Source: Lama guanicoe
Lineage: Eukaryota
Length of the DNA: 64,000 bases
Assembly (NCBI GenBank): GCA_013239625.1
Contig: MU054187.1
Location: forward strand, 19,336,711 to 19,400,710
Reading direction: 5' to 3'
Shown: in pieces, positions 1 through 11,640 of the stretch
How positions within the stretch are numbered: the stretch's first letter is position 1
Layout: every line of letters begins with the position of its first letter
The notes under the pieces: generated by a model
Told to the model about the DNA's origin: nothing
Databases searched by the model: none
Seen by the model: only the letters and a program-made list of their open reading frames with translations
Position numbers and translations under genes: made by a program

Positions 1-343
1 GCTATTTGCAGCAGCATGAATGGATCTGGAGATGATGATACTAAGTGAAGTAAGTCAGACAGAGAAAGACAAATATCATGTGATATCACTTATATGTGGA
101 ATCTAAAAAAAAATGATACAAATTCATTTATAAACCAAAAACAGACTCATGGACATAGGAAATAAACTATGGTTACTAAAGGGGAAAGGGCAGGAAGGGA
201 TAAATTCAGGGTTGGGGATTAACAGACACACGCTACTGTATATAAAATATGTAAACAAGGATCTACTGTATAGCACAGAGAACTATATTCAATTTCGTAT
301 AACAACATATAATGGAAAAGTATCTGAAAAGAAAATACACACA
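1..343 (+). mobile_element. L1 3' end (ORF2 terminus and 3' UTR), cut by the window edge
   Basis: ctaagtgaagtaagtcagacagagaaagacaaatatcat...cacttatatgtggaatctaaaa...ctgtatagcacagagaactatattcaa; similar to the copies at 24 kb and 52.9 kb. Confidence 0.9.
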
Positions 344-1719
344 ATAAATACCCCAATATCTGAGCATTGCTGAAATACTTGAGTATTAGTTGTTATTTTT
401 AAATTAATCTGTAGAGTTAACTCTGTAATAGGTCAAAGGACACAGCAATACCAGAATGTTTTTTTTACAGGTTGATTTTTATTTTTAGGTAAATCATAGC
501 AAGTTTATGGCAAAATTAAAAAAACAACTGAGAATTTCTGCTATTCCATTCATAGGCTATAATCCATCTTTTATAAATGAAAGATGTTTTAGTATCTCTT
601 GGGAGAGAAACCTACTCTTTCCAGAGCAAAATAAATTTCTCTCAAGGATTGGATTTTGAGAAACTCTGCAGCATTCACAATAGGCTTTTGCTACGTCCCC
701 CTGCTAATTTAATTTTCTGCCTTTTCTCTGTTAATAGTCAGGACCAATTTGGAATACTTTCTCCATATTATTGAAAATCAGTGGGCAGGAGTGTCATTAA
801 CGCTTTCAGGCCACTAACGTACAAGAAGTTATTACTTCAAAGTGTAAAAAATGGTTGAAAATGAGTTGACTTTCCTAAATTAGGAAGTTAAGCTTCAAAG
901 GCCTGAAATTCAAAAATTGTTTTTCTGTTTACCTGAAACTGTCCGATAAATGTACCTTTGATGACTAGAGAACCCATATTTCCTTGGTTAACTTGACATG
1001 AGGGCCCCACAAAAGTGTAGCTTCTTTGCTCCCTGAAGGGATAACCTGATTCATACACATTTCAATTTGTATCCGTCTTGCATAAATGAAGCCACCTTGT
1101 AGAAAAGACTGATTCATTATCATGTAAAATACAGCCATTAGTAGAAACTCCAGCAACCACATTCCCAGACATAATAAGATCAGACTCTCAGGCTTCTGGG
1201 TTGGGGCTGCAGAATGAGAGGTGGAGTGTTTCTTAAAAAAAAAAAAAGCCTTCCTTCTGAAGGAGGTATTCATGGGGTAAATTAAAGGAATTTTAAAATT
1301 TCTTTAAAAAAGGAAGCTACAACAAGCCATTCTCTGAGTCTACCATCCAAGCAGAAAATTCTATCCAGTTGACCCTTAATGTGAACAGTGTTGTATAGGT
1401 AATTCTTAAAATGTGGATCTGTTTCTCTCTCAAAACCTTTGATGAGCTATCTTGTGGCTGGATATTTGATAGGAATCACTTGCCTCCAATGCTTATTCAC
1501 TTAACAGACAGGAGATGTGTTACCACTGAGCCTGCCAATCAGATGGCAACACTGGGAAGTAAATGACAGAAGTGCAGAGCATGAAGTACCATGGAGCCCG
1601 TGGCGAGGGGAGGAGACAGCGAGGCCTGATTCCAGGCAGTGCTGACGAAGTGGCCTCAGAGATGGGAAGAGGGGAAGATCCCAGGAAGAGAGCAGGCGAA
1701 TGGGGAGAACCTTCCAGTG

Positions 1720-1970
1720 CTTATTAAATGCCTGGCGCCGTTTTAGGCACTGAGGATACAAGGTGAACAAAGCAGGTCTCAGGTAACTTCCAGTAGGTGA
1801 AGACTGACAAAGGACACATTAACACTGAAATATCAGATAAGGAAAGTAAATTAGGAAGGTAAAGGGGAAAGGAGTGACAGAGTGTCATGAGTGATCATGG
1901 CTGCTTGGGAAAGTCCTTTCTGAGAAGGTAAAATTTAAGTTGAGATCTGAATGACAAGAAAGAACCATCC
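1720..1970 (-). mobile_element. L2 3' fragment
   Basis: ttattaaatgcc...taggcactgaggataca...tttctgagaaggtaaaatttaagttgagatctgaatgac matches an antisense L2 tail. Confidence 0.6.
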
Positions 1971-2070
1971 TCTGTTCTTTCAACTTAAAATACTGTCTCT
2001 GGTGGGAAAAGGTGTCAGATGGCAAATTGGAGAGATGTGATCCAGCCTCGTAAGTCAGTGGTTCTCACCA

Positions 2071-2072
<2 letters not shown>

Positions 2073-2108
<36 letters not shown>
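2073..2108. repeat. (TG)18 microsatellite
   Basis: Directly visible. Confidence 0.98.
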
Positions 2109-2112
<4 letters not shown>

Positions 2113-2932
2113 AGGCACATTTTCAAATATTAGAATATTTATCAGATTATATAAAGGGATTATAAGACAAAGCAACTTAAGATCAGTCAACGACAATTCA
2201 GTGCTGTCACTCACAAGAGTTCAACCAGCAATGCCTCAGTCATCTATAAAAGCACCCCACATTTCCAGTCACCAATTTGCAGCAATTCTGAGCTGCTGTT
2301 TGCAGCCCATACCCTACACTTGCACACTCAGGAGGAGAACTTGTCTCCAGTTAAAATCAACAGGAGTTCTTCTGAGAACACATCCAGCTAAAAATCATAC
2401 TCCCCTTGTTCTCTGCAAACATACCTGTTTAGCTTAATAATTGCCTACTGATACCTTTAACTGTACATATACATTTTATAAACTATATAAAGTCAAGTGT
2501 GGAAAAAATACATTTTAAACATTAATACTGGACAGCACGCCTTTGTGTTTTGGGGCATTTGCTGGCCAACGGCAGAGGACTGTGTTCATAAACGATGAAC
2601 CCTGGTTTGCCACTCTTGAGTTTCTGCATCTCCTGGCTGCGCCAGAGGAAATATCATTCATTTCACAGAGTTCTCAACCTTTTGGTTCTTTCCCTACATG
2701 ACACTATAGGAAGTTTTATTTCTTTTGTTTTTCCACCCCATTTTGTGATTCCTCATGGTCAGAGCCACCAGAGACAGACCATCACATTAGCTTTCCTGAT
2801 ACCCGCACAGACGAGGGAGACACATATGGAGAAGGTAGGGCCCCAGCACAATCGAGTATTGTGTCAAGATTACTAGAAATGATGGCTGGTCCCTGAAGTC
2901 CACCATTCAAAATTATCATGTGTTAACAATCT

Positions 2933-3005
2933 GGATGTAGGGCTGACTAGCGATGACACAGGTCACTGCCCTGATGACCAGGGTTGATTTGGTGAGCCAA
3001 GGCAG
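2933..3005 (+). pseudogene. Degenerate 5' fragment of 7SK RNA (RN7SK retrocopy)
   Basis: ggatgtagggctgactagcgatgacacaggtcactgccctgatgaccagggttgatttggtga aligns by eye to the 7SK 5' end GGATGTGAGGGCGATCTGGCTGCGACATCTGTCACCCCATTGATCGCCAGGGTTGATTCGGCTGA. It starts at 7SK nt 1 and has an exact CCAGGGTTGATT core at 2,978-2,989. Confidence 0.75.
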
Positions 3006-4573
3006 CCTCTAAAGGAACCAAATCCAGGGTCAAGGAACAGTCTCCTTTCCTAACCAGCTTCCTAGAGCAGTGCGTAATTAATTTATTCTAAAAGATAGAG
3101 CAAAAAAGTAGTATTAAAGAATATAAAGCTGAGTATATGGGAGGAATGTTAAGAAGACTTCGGCGGATGCAACTAAAGCTGTTTAGGAAACGTAACAATA
3201 GCCTTAACACAATGGTTAGATTCCAAATAGCCAATTCCCTTTTCAGACAGCTCCTCTAGGGCATCTTTCATGCCAGGTAACTTGGGTTTCTGCTGAAGCT
3301 GGAATTTCAGCCTAGTATTCCAAAAAGCAGCTCTTGGAATCTTCTCGTTTTTGCTAAGTAAGACATCCATTCACAAAAGGAACAGCAGTGTTCCTGGAGC
3401 TTAATGAAAAAAACTCTAATAAAACACTGACAAGCCATCAGGCTGTCTCAGCACCTGCAGGTACAGGGCAAAGGGAGGCAACGTGACCAGCAGTGAACAG
3501 CTGCCTTGGTGAACGGTGTTTATGTTCCTCCCCTCTGGTTCCTAGAACCCTCCTCTGAGAAGGCTCTCACTGCTGCTACCAAGAGAGAGGAAACAGCTGA
3601 GACCCAAAGGGATGGTATCACAGAATCTCCTCCCAAACCTCTGGGGAGGAACTGGGTCCCCCAGGAGCCACAGCCTGGCCTGAGCACCCAGCTGCTCTGA
3701 GGAGCAGGTGCTGGAGATCCCGAACTCTAAACTCAAGGCATGTCTTCCATGGCTCTGAAGTTTCTAAGGAGATTGTGACTACTGGTGGCTGAGTAATCAC
3801 CTGAAATCTTTCCTTTTCACAGAAAATCACAGACCTTTAAAACTAGAAGAAAGTTTACCCTTCACGGAGAAATAATAATCACTTCATCCAGCACCCCCCC
3901 CTTTTTTTTCTCTTTCATTTCTTCTTTCCCTCTTAAAAAAAAATCAACTGGTTACTTTTAAAAGGAAAAAAAAAGAGTTCTAATATACAAAAAACTATAG
4001 AACTCAAGTGAATGCCTGCCAATTTCACACATCCCCACTTACCTTCATTTAAATAAAAAAAAAAAAAGCCAAACCCTGATAGAGACAAAAATAGTCTTAG
4101 AGAAGTTCAGGAACTCACATTGGGTCACACAGAAGCCAGGAGTAAATAATGAAACTAGTGTCTAGGTCATTTGACTCACCAGCCAAGTTCCACCGTAAGA
4201 TCAGACAGCTATTAGAAAACTGACACTCAGAATTGCAGATGGTGATAGTTTAGCCATTAGATGTATTTTTTAATCACTAGAAAAATCAGTTAAGTTTGGA
4301 GAAAACATCGGAGACATATTTTCTCTAATTAAAAAATTCTAATAGAAATTTTCATATGTTAAAAACTTTTGAAAGAAAATAGAAAACATACACACGTTTA
4401 TTGACAAAAAGTGAATACTTTCAGAATGTATTCTGTACTATGAGGCAAAATGACCGGGTTTAGATCATCAGGGCCAGCATATCTTTTGAGAGTGAGCCAA
4501 CAGATTTGGTGTCAACAATGGATCATTGCTGAAGCTTGATTCCAACCAGCCTGATGTTCCAACTTTAATTATA

Positions 4574-4810
4574 CAGTTGACCCCTGAACAGTGTGGGGTT
4601 AGGGGTACCAACCCTCCATGTGATTGAAAATCTGTGTATAATTTACACTGGGCTCTCAGTAACCACCTTTCCTCTGTATCCGTGATTCTGCTTCTGTGGA
4701 GTCAACCAACTGTGGGTCATTTAGTACCATGTATAGTAGGAACTACTGGAAAAAATCCATGCGTAAGTGGACTCGTACAGTTCAAACCCATGTTTTTTAA
4801 GAGTCAACTG
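4574..4810. mobile_element. Complete TcMar-Tigger MITE (Tigger2/MER8-like)
   Basis: 237 bp with TIRs CAGTTGAC...GTCAACTG and a TA TSD (4,572-4,573 and 4,811-4,812). Confidence 0.9.
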
Positions 4811-5600
4811 TACTTCATTTAGATCCATTTGAAAAGTAGCCTAGAAAATAGAGAAATGAGATTTAACCATATGCTGAAATCCTCCTTTTACACTTGGAAG
4901 CACAGCAAATGCACTTTTCCAGGCTTATGAAGTAACCCTCTAGCATCATTGATTTTTGAGTCTTACAAAAAGCTCTTCGGCTTGTGCCCGCATCACAGAT
5001 TTACACTGCCATAACTCCTGTCAGACATCATCTTGGCTTTATGAATAAATAAAACTATGCTCTAGGGAAACATTGATTTAAGAGGAAAAATCAATACCCA
5101 TCTAGCATGTGATAGACTTGAGCTTTAAGGCTACTTATCCCCCGAGTACAATGCAATCCTAAATGTAAAACCATACTTTTTTGCCTCCTAAGTAAAAGGA
5201 GGGTGAAGGTGTGTGAAATTGGCAGGCAAGTGTCTGCCTTCCATAGTCCTCAGTGTGCCCGGAACTCCCTTCCCTTTACAAAGCAGTTAGCCTCTGCCTC
5301 CAAAAGGAAAGCGCAAAGGAAAGAAGAAAAAAAAAAGAGATGGACCAACCAAAGATGGCAAAATCTGGATAATCTGTGAATTTAGGTTGTGAGTGTGTGA
5401 GAACTCACTGTAGTATTAATGCTCTCACGGATGCAAAATTTTTCATAATAGGAATCTGAAAAGTATGTACGTTTGCTAGAAGGAAACTCTATAAGGCTGA
5501 TACTGACCAAGATGTTGACAATGGTTCTCTCTGGGTAATGACCTCATCGAGAAGCTTTTCTTTCTTCCTTGGGAGTTTTATATTTTCCAGATTTCTGTAG

Positions 5601-5602
<2 letters not shown>

Positions 5603-5644
<42 letters not shown>

Positions 5645-5730
5645 TTTTATATCTCATAAGANNNNNNNNNNNNNNNNNNNNNNNNNNNNNNNNNNNNNNN
5701 NNNNNNNNNNNNNNNNNNNNNNNNNNNNNN

Positions 5731-5765
<35 letters not shown>
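5603..5765. repeat. (TA)n microsatellite interrupted by an assembly gap (N 5,662-5,730)
   Basis: Directly visible. Confidence 0.95.
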
Positions 5766-5766
<1 letters not shown>

Positions 5767-6155
5767 TGCTTTTATAACTCAGAAAAGACACACACAATAA
5801 ATGCAAGGCAGAAGAGCCAAAAAAAAAAAAAGGGTTAATTAGAGTGACTGCAAGTATTTTGTGGACTACTGGCCTAGAGGTAGCGTACACACCACAACAC
5901 ACATTTATATTCAACTCTTTCTTACCGCTCTTGGACATTTCTTCAGGGCACAAACAGGTTGCTGTTAAAATTGATTTTAAAAATAAAGGGAACAGCGTAC
6001 GCTGAGATTAACCTCGTCTCTGTGAGCCAAAGATCAAACAAGAGACAGAAGCTGGCTGAAGTCATTATTACTTCCTAAGCTCTGCAATTCTGCAATCACC
6101 TTACAGCCTAGGCCTATATTCACAGTGGAGACGACGTAAAAGTTCTGACAGGTCA

Positions 6156-6249
6156 GGGGAGGGTAGAGCTCAGTGGTAGAGGATGTGCTTGGCTTGCAAG
6201 CGATCCTGGGTTCAATCCCCAGTGCCTCTGTTAAGGGAAAAAAATTAAA
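6156..6249 (+). mobile_element. tRNA-derived SINE (vic-1-like)
   Basis: ggggagggtagagctcagtggtaga (A box)...gggttcaatcccc (B box) followed by an A-rich tail. Confidence 0.85.
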
Positions 6250-6894
6250 GCCAAGGCTTTTGCTTTCTTGCTCAGAATTGGTTGGGATTAGACATGAATT
6301 CCGTTATGTTTCCCCAGCTCCTCGAAGATGCAGTTCATTGTTAATTGTGTTAACTGTGGCCTCTCAAAAAACACACTCGTCTGCTGATGTGGATTAGGGC
6401 TCACGTCCCAGCAGACAGTTACTGATGCTGCCTGTCCTCCTGGCTTGTCTCTCTGGTAAGTGGAAAGGACAACTTGGGAAATCTGAAACGTGCTTTCCAG
6501 CCACAGACACATTGGAAGACTGGAAATGGGTTGAGGTAATCTAAATTTTGAATCCCAAATTCAAACATCATAAAACAAACCACTATCATCCCCAGAGTTG
6601 GTGAGGATAACTGGCTGAATCCAAGGTGGAAGTGATCGCAGTCACAAGTTCCAAAAGCATGCAGCCACCGTGTTAGTACTGATAGCAGCCCAGGCGGGAA
6701 AGGGGCCGTTAATTGGTTTTGGCGGTTCTTCTTGGATACTAAAAGCAAAACAGAATAGCAAAACAGCATTGTGGAGAAAAATGCTTGTATGTAGCCAGAG
6801 AAAAGCACAGCTTGAGATTCCTTTTTTACAAATGCTATCTTATTTTTTTATTACAGTTTCAGAGGGACACTCATTTAAAGAAATCAGAGCATCC

Positions 6895-7830
6895 TTTGTG
6901 TACTACTATGTGCAAGGCATTTATTAGATGTTGTAGACACACACACAAAAAAAGATCTGAATCTTACCCTTAAGCTTAGTATCTATGGGAGGGTCAGGAA
7001 TAGAAGCAGATAATTAAATACAGCATGATCAGATATATAACTGAAGAACTGTGGAAGCCCCGTATGCATGGGGATGTGGGGAAATCAGGGAAGGCTTCTC
7101 AGAGGAGATGGAAATTGAGGTGGATCTTGAAGGATGTACTGGAATTTATCAAGAAAAAATGAGCAGGGGCATTCTCAGAAGTGAGAACAACACATGCAAA
7201 GGCATATGTACCTGAAAGGAAAGGATGTGTTGGAATATCCCGAGACATTCAATCCTAATGAAGCACAGACAGCAAGGCAGGGAGGTCCACACCAAGGCGT
7301 CTGGATCTATTCTCAAGGTGACAGGTACCACAGAAGTCACTGAACGGGAAATCGCATTACAAATTAGGGAGCAGGGTACCTAGCGTGGGGACAGTCTGTT
7401 GGAAGAGAGCTCTGTTAGCTCCAGCAACAGACCAGCACAGAGCTGATGAGGGTCCGATCTAATATAGTGACAGCGGGAAGCAGAGGAGAGTAAGACTGGA
7501 AAGATACTTACAATGAACATTTGTGACAGCTAGCAATTAATATTTAACCTCACCAAGCACCAGTCACTGTTTTGGAAACTTTCACATTATCTTAAATCTA
7601 GAATCTGGTGCAGACTGAATGCAAAGGGTGAAGCAATGTCAGGATGAAGTTTTCTGGCTTGAGTTACGAGGTAGACGGTGATACCTTTAATTAAAATATT
7701 GATTCCAAGAGAAGGAATCAGCTGGAAGCAGAAGATGAGTGAGGAGGGTGGGGAAGACAGTTTCACTGTATACAGATTAATTTTGATCACTGCTTGGGAT
7801 ATACGAATGAGGACAATCAAATGGAGTCAG
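6895..7830 (-). mobile_element. L2 fragments
   Basis: tactatgtgcaaggca, ggaaatcagggaaggcttctcagaggag, gagaacaacacatgcaaaggc and gtttctggcttgag are antisense L2 hallmarks. Confidence 0.7.
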
Positions 7831-8820
7831 GAATCCCACAGCGAGCAAAGTAGAAATTTCAGGTTAAATTTTTTTTAAAGGCATAAAAATATCCTCAAAG
7901 ATTTAAGCCATCGACCACATACAAAAAAGCACACAATACAATGCTTTCTAGAAACTTAAGAGGACTGTGTGATTCCGCTACAGAATTATCTGAGACCTAT
8001 TCTAAAATATACGGATTCTTGAGTTAAAATTTCATGCCCCCTACCTAGAAGATGTTCTGTGTTTCAGACCCACAGATAAAATGTGTAAGGAGAGCAGCTC
8101 TGGTGGAGAGGAAAGCGCATGAAGGAAAACAATATGAATCCCCGATAGGAGAATCTTGTCAAATGTCGCAAGATCAGAGGAAGGCATTTCTGGAGTGTGG
8201 ATAATCAAAGCTCTTAATGCACTGATTCTTTATTCTAAGTTAACTAACAAAAGGCAGGCTGTTTTCCAGGCTCTGCGGTTATATTTAGAAAGACCTCCAA
8301 GGGGAACCCAAATGGCCTTGAAACAGCTCCCTGCTTTCCTAAGAGGAAAGGGTTCTTCTGGCAAGAGAAAGAACTTCTCAGCAAGTTAAAGGAAAGATTT
8401 AATTGAAAGACAGTGGCCTATTTTACAAGATTCCTTCTGTGAAGAGATTAGAAGCATTCAGGCCAGATGTACCCCAGCCCGTAAGAGGAATCGGATAATG
8501 ACGTAAAATGGACAGGGGTCGGTCAGGTCACAGTGCGTGAGGTCTGTAAATCTTTCAAATGGGTGGCCAGGGCCCTTCAAAGTCCAGGATTCATTAGAAA
8601 AATGGATAACCATGTAGCAAGCTAATTGCTAAAATCAAATAAAGACTGTCTTTGTGTTAACTTGCTCATTTCGGTTGGCTGATTTTTTTTTCTGGTTTTG
8701 GCTCCGTTCAAAGACAACCTAAGGTCATTAAAGAATTTTTATATAACTATTATTAGCACTAAATGAGATGACTAATACCACTGATGGTAATAATAGCAAT
8801 AAAACTCAGCCTCATATTTT

Positions 8821-8852
<32 letters not shown>

Positions 8853-8856
8853 GGTG
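8821..8856. repeat. Compound (TTG)n(GTG)n microsatellite
   Basis: Directly visible. Confidence 0.9.
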
Positions 8857-9245
8857 AACACTGTTTGGAACTGGAAACCCATCAGGCTATCCAATTATAG
8901 TCTCCATCTCAAAGATGGGGAAAGAATTTGAGAGGGTAAGTATTTTGCCTAATTTCACACAGGCATTACAGGAAGAGCTAAGCTTGAGCCCATTGCTGAG
9001 CAAAGGAAAACACCATGTTGTACAAAGTTTGATGGGTGATGTCTTGGTCGCTAATTATGGCAGAAGCCCCACGGTGCTAACTTCAAAACTGGATTAGCTA
9101 ATACCCTTGAGATTCTTTAGCTTGACAGCTGTGTGTCTGCAGTCCAACAACTCTAAGCCCCTAAAGGTACTCAAATCCAAAGGTAAGCTGGAAGCAAACA
9201 TGAATAAACAAGAGTGCAGAATAAATCAGATACGTAAATGAATAC

Positions 9246-9313
9246 CTTGCAGTCACTCTCCCAGCTCTGGAGTTGCACTCATCTGTTGAACTCAGAGAAC
9301 GACCTCGTGTTTT
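9246..9313 (-). other. 68-nt internal exon, probably 5' UTR exon 2
   Basis: Minus strand reads tgtttcctgtttgtgtttcctttccag|AAAACACGAGG...GACTGCAAG|gtattc: long polypyrimidine tract plus CAG acceptor and AAG|GT donor, in non-repeat sequence. Confidence 0.65.
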
Positions 9314-10748
9314 CTGGAAAGGAAACACAAACAGGAAACAATTTCAAAACTCTGAACCAGGTGAAAACTGCAGTAACTAAAGGTAAAATGCTGATCTTTT
9401 CATTTGCTCGTAGAAGTTCTGAGCAACAAAGAGAGCATCTGAGAAACAATTATTTAATCAAGCTTTAGTACTTTAAAACCTTTAACACTGTAAAAAAATG
9501 GAAAAACAAAAGTTAAAACTTGCTTTTAAAATATTCAGACCTATACATTATCCCAAATTTTATATATGAAGGAAAGTAAAAATGATGGCATTCAGCACAT
9601 GTGCTCTCAATGATGAACAATTATGCCCATGCTTTAGTTTTTTCCCCCTCATTCTTTGTTTCTTTATTCATTGCTTTATTCCACCTCTTCTCACAGGCAC
9701 TGCAGACACCTATGGGTTAGCACCACACACCTGAAACATGGACCCTTCCAGTAGGCACTGTACTGTGGATTAAAACAAAAGCAAAAACGGTCACATGCCT
9801 CAAGAACGTGACAGCCTTATCAGAACAAAGTCGGAACAACGCTGTACAGAACTGTATGATAATTGTTATAGGAGACTGAGCCATATTGTTCTATGCCTTC
9901 ATCCAGAAACATGCTGTCTTTTTGATATCATGGTTTCCTATGGTTAAGATAAAATTGTATCACTTACAAAGATCACTTCCTCCAAAAGGATATGTCATTC
10001 AAGCTTGAGGAATGTACTCTCAAATCTAACGTTCTCTTTTTGTAGACTGAATCTAAGAAAGCATCTTAAAATATGCTAACCGGAAGTAAAAAGCCTTGAG
10101 AGTGAAAGAATGAATGATCTCATAATTAGACAGAAAAAATATCCATTGAGGTAAACCAATGCAATTTTTTTTTCTTTTGGTAAAAGGTTTAAAAGGGAAA
10201 GAATGATCTATTTCTTAGAAAGAAATGAAACGCAAAGCAATGCTAGAAAGACCAAAGGGAAACAGTAAGTGGACAACAAGAAAGGCAGTGGTCCCTCCAT
10301 GACCTGCTCCGTCAGACTCTCCAGAGGTCAGCAAGACGAGGGCTCCCCAGCCCCGTCCCACCTCATGGGCCCCCTGCCCTTGTGGTCTAAGCGCCTCCTG
10401 GACGGGAGCTGCAGGAGAAGAGTGAGTAGGTGCGGAGAGTTCCACGTCAGGAGAGGAGGTAAAGGGTGAAGACCACACCTGCCAAGAGTCTGCTTTCAAC
10501 AAAGAAAGCCAATGGAAATTCTCTCCTCTTTGCCCTTTTCTGGGAAATTCCCCCCTCTAACTCCTAAGTGTTACAGCTCAGCAGCACCGTGGGTTCTGGA
10601 AGGTTTCCACGCCAGCCCGAAGCCCATCATTTATGAAAACGCATTTCAAGCTGTAAACAACTACGTCAGAAACAAGGGTCTGGGAAAAGCACCTGTTCAA
10701 AAATGGAGAAATAACTATTCTGAGATCCTGCTAAGTCTAATAAACACT

Positions 10749-10948
10749 TAAAATAGGTAAACAACAAGTTCATACTGTGTAGCACAGGGAACTATATTCA
10801 GTATCCTATAGTAACTAATGGTGAAAAAGAATATGAAAATGAATCTATGTGTGTATATGTATGACTGAAGCATTAGGCTGTACACCAGAAATTGACACAT
10901 TGTAAATTGACTATACTTCAATAAATACACACACACACACACACACAG
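10749..10948 (+). mobile_element. L1 3' UTR end with (CA)n tail
   Basis: ctgtgtagcacagggaactatattcagtat...gctgtacaccagaaattgacacattgtaaattgactatacttcaataaa. Confidence 0.85.
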
Positions 10949-11499
10949 ATGAAAACCCCACCACTCACTGATAATTGTCTATTCTACAAAAGCAAAGATG
11001 AAGAGGTGCAGTTCCAGCACCAAATTACCAATATAGATGACCCAGAGAGACGCAAGTAATAATAAAGTATGTTCCGGTGTGAGTAGTGTACAGAAGAGAG
11101 TGAGGGCCCCGGACGTACAGCTCTCCACGGCTCCTGGGATAAGACCGGAGCCACCTGGGATGGTCTGACCAGCTCCTCACCCGGGTGCCTGCCCGCCTGC
11201 CCAGAGTCACACTCATCGTCTGTCTCATCATCCCCACCTCCCACCCTGACTTCTCCACGCCTCTGCCACACTGTTTGCTTGTTTTGTTTTTTAAGAGGCT
11301 AAACAACTAATATAGAAAAGAGCATCTAATAAAGCACTTGTTTGTAAGCAGGAAACCAACTGCAGTGAGCGTCCACCTGGGCCAACCTCCAACTTGGCCC
11401 AACCTGGGCCCTGTCACAGCCTTCTCAATCTTCTCCTTCTTTTATTTCAAGTCCAGTGAAGAAATAAACTGTAAACACTTGTGTAAAGTACAGAGCACA

Positions 11500-11640
11500 G
11501 GCATTTGGGGCTGGATAATTCTTTGTTCTGAGGGGTTAGCATTCCTCCACCCCTCAGTAGTGATACTCAAAAACGTCTCCAGACTTTGATGCATGTCACA
11601 TGAAGGGCAAAATCATTCTCCAGTTGAGCATCACTGGTCT
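11500..11640 (+). mobile_element. MER20 (hAT-Charlie) fragment
   Basis: catttggggctggataattctttgt...aaaaacgtctccagac...gggcaaaatc...gttgagcatcactg. Confidence 0.75.

Noticed and set aside
2884..2900. Y RNA-like start ggctggtcc
   Set aside because: Only 9 nt match and there is no downstream similarity.
4043..4075. 33-nt minus-strand microexon (tctctatcag|...AAG|GTAAGT)
   Set aside because: The body is mostly a poly-T run; likely a pseudoexon with no other support.
6156..6230. Functional tRNA gene (also 35,110-35,265 and 47,110-47,270)
   Set aside because: A and B boxes are present, but the shared AT-rich tails, TSDs on two copies and degenerate stems indicate SINEs.
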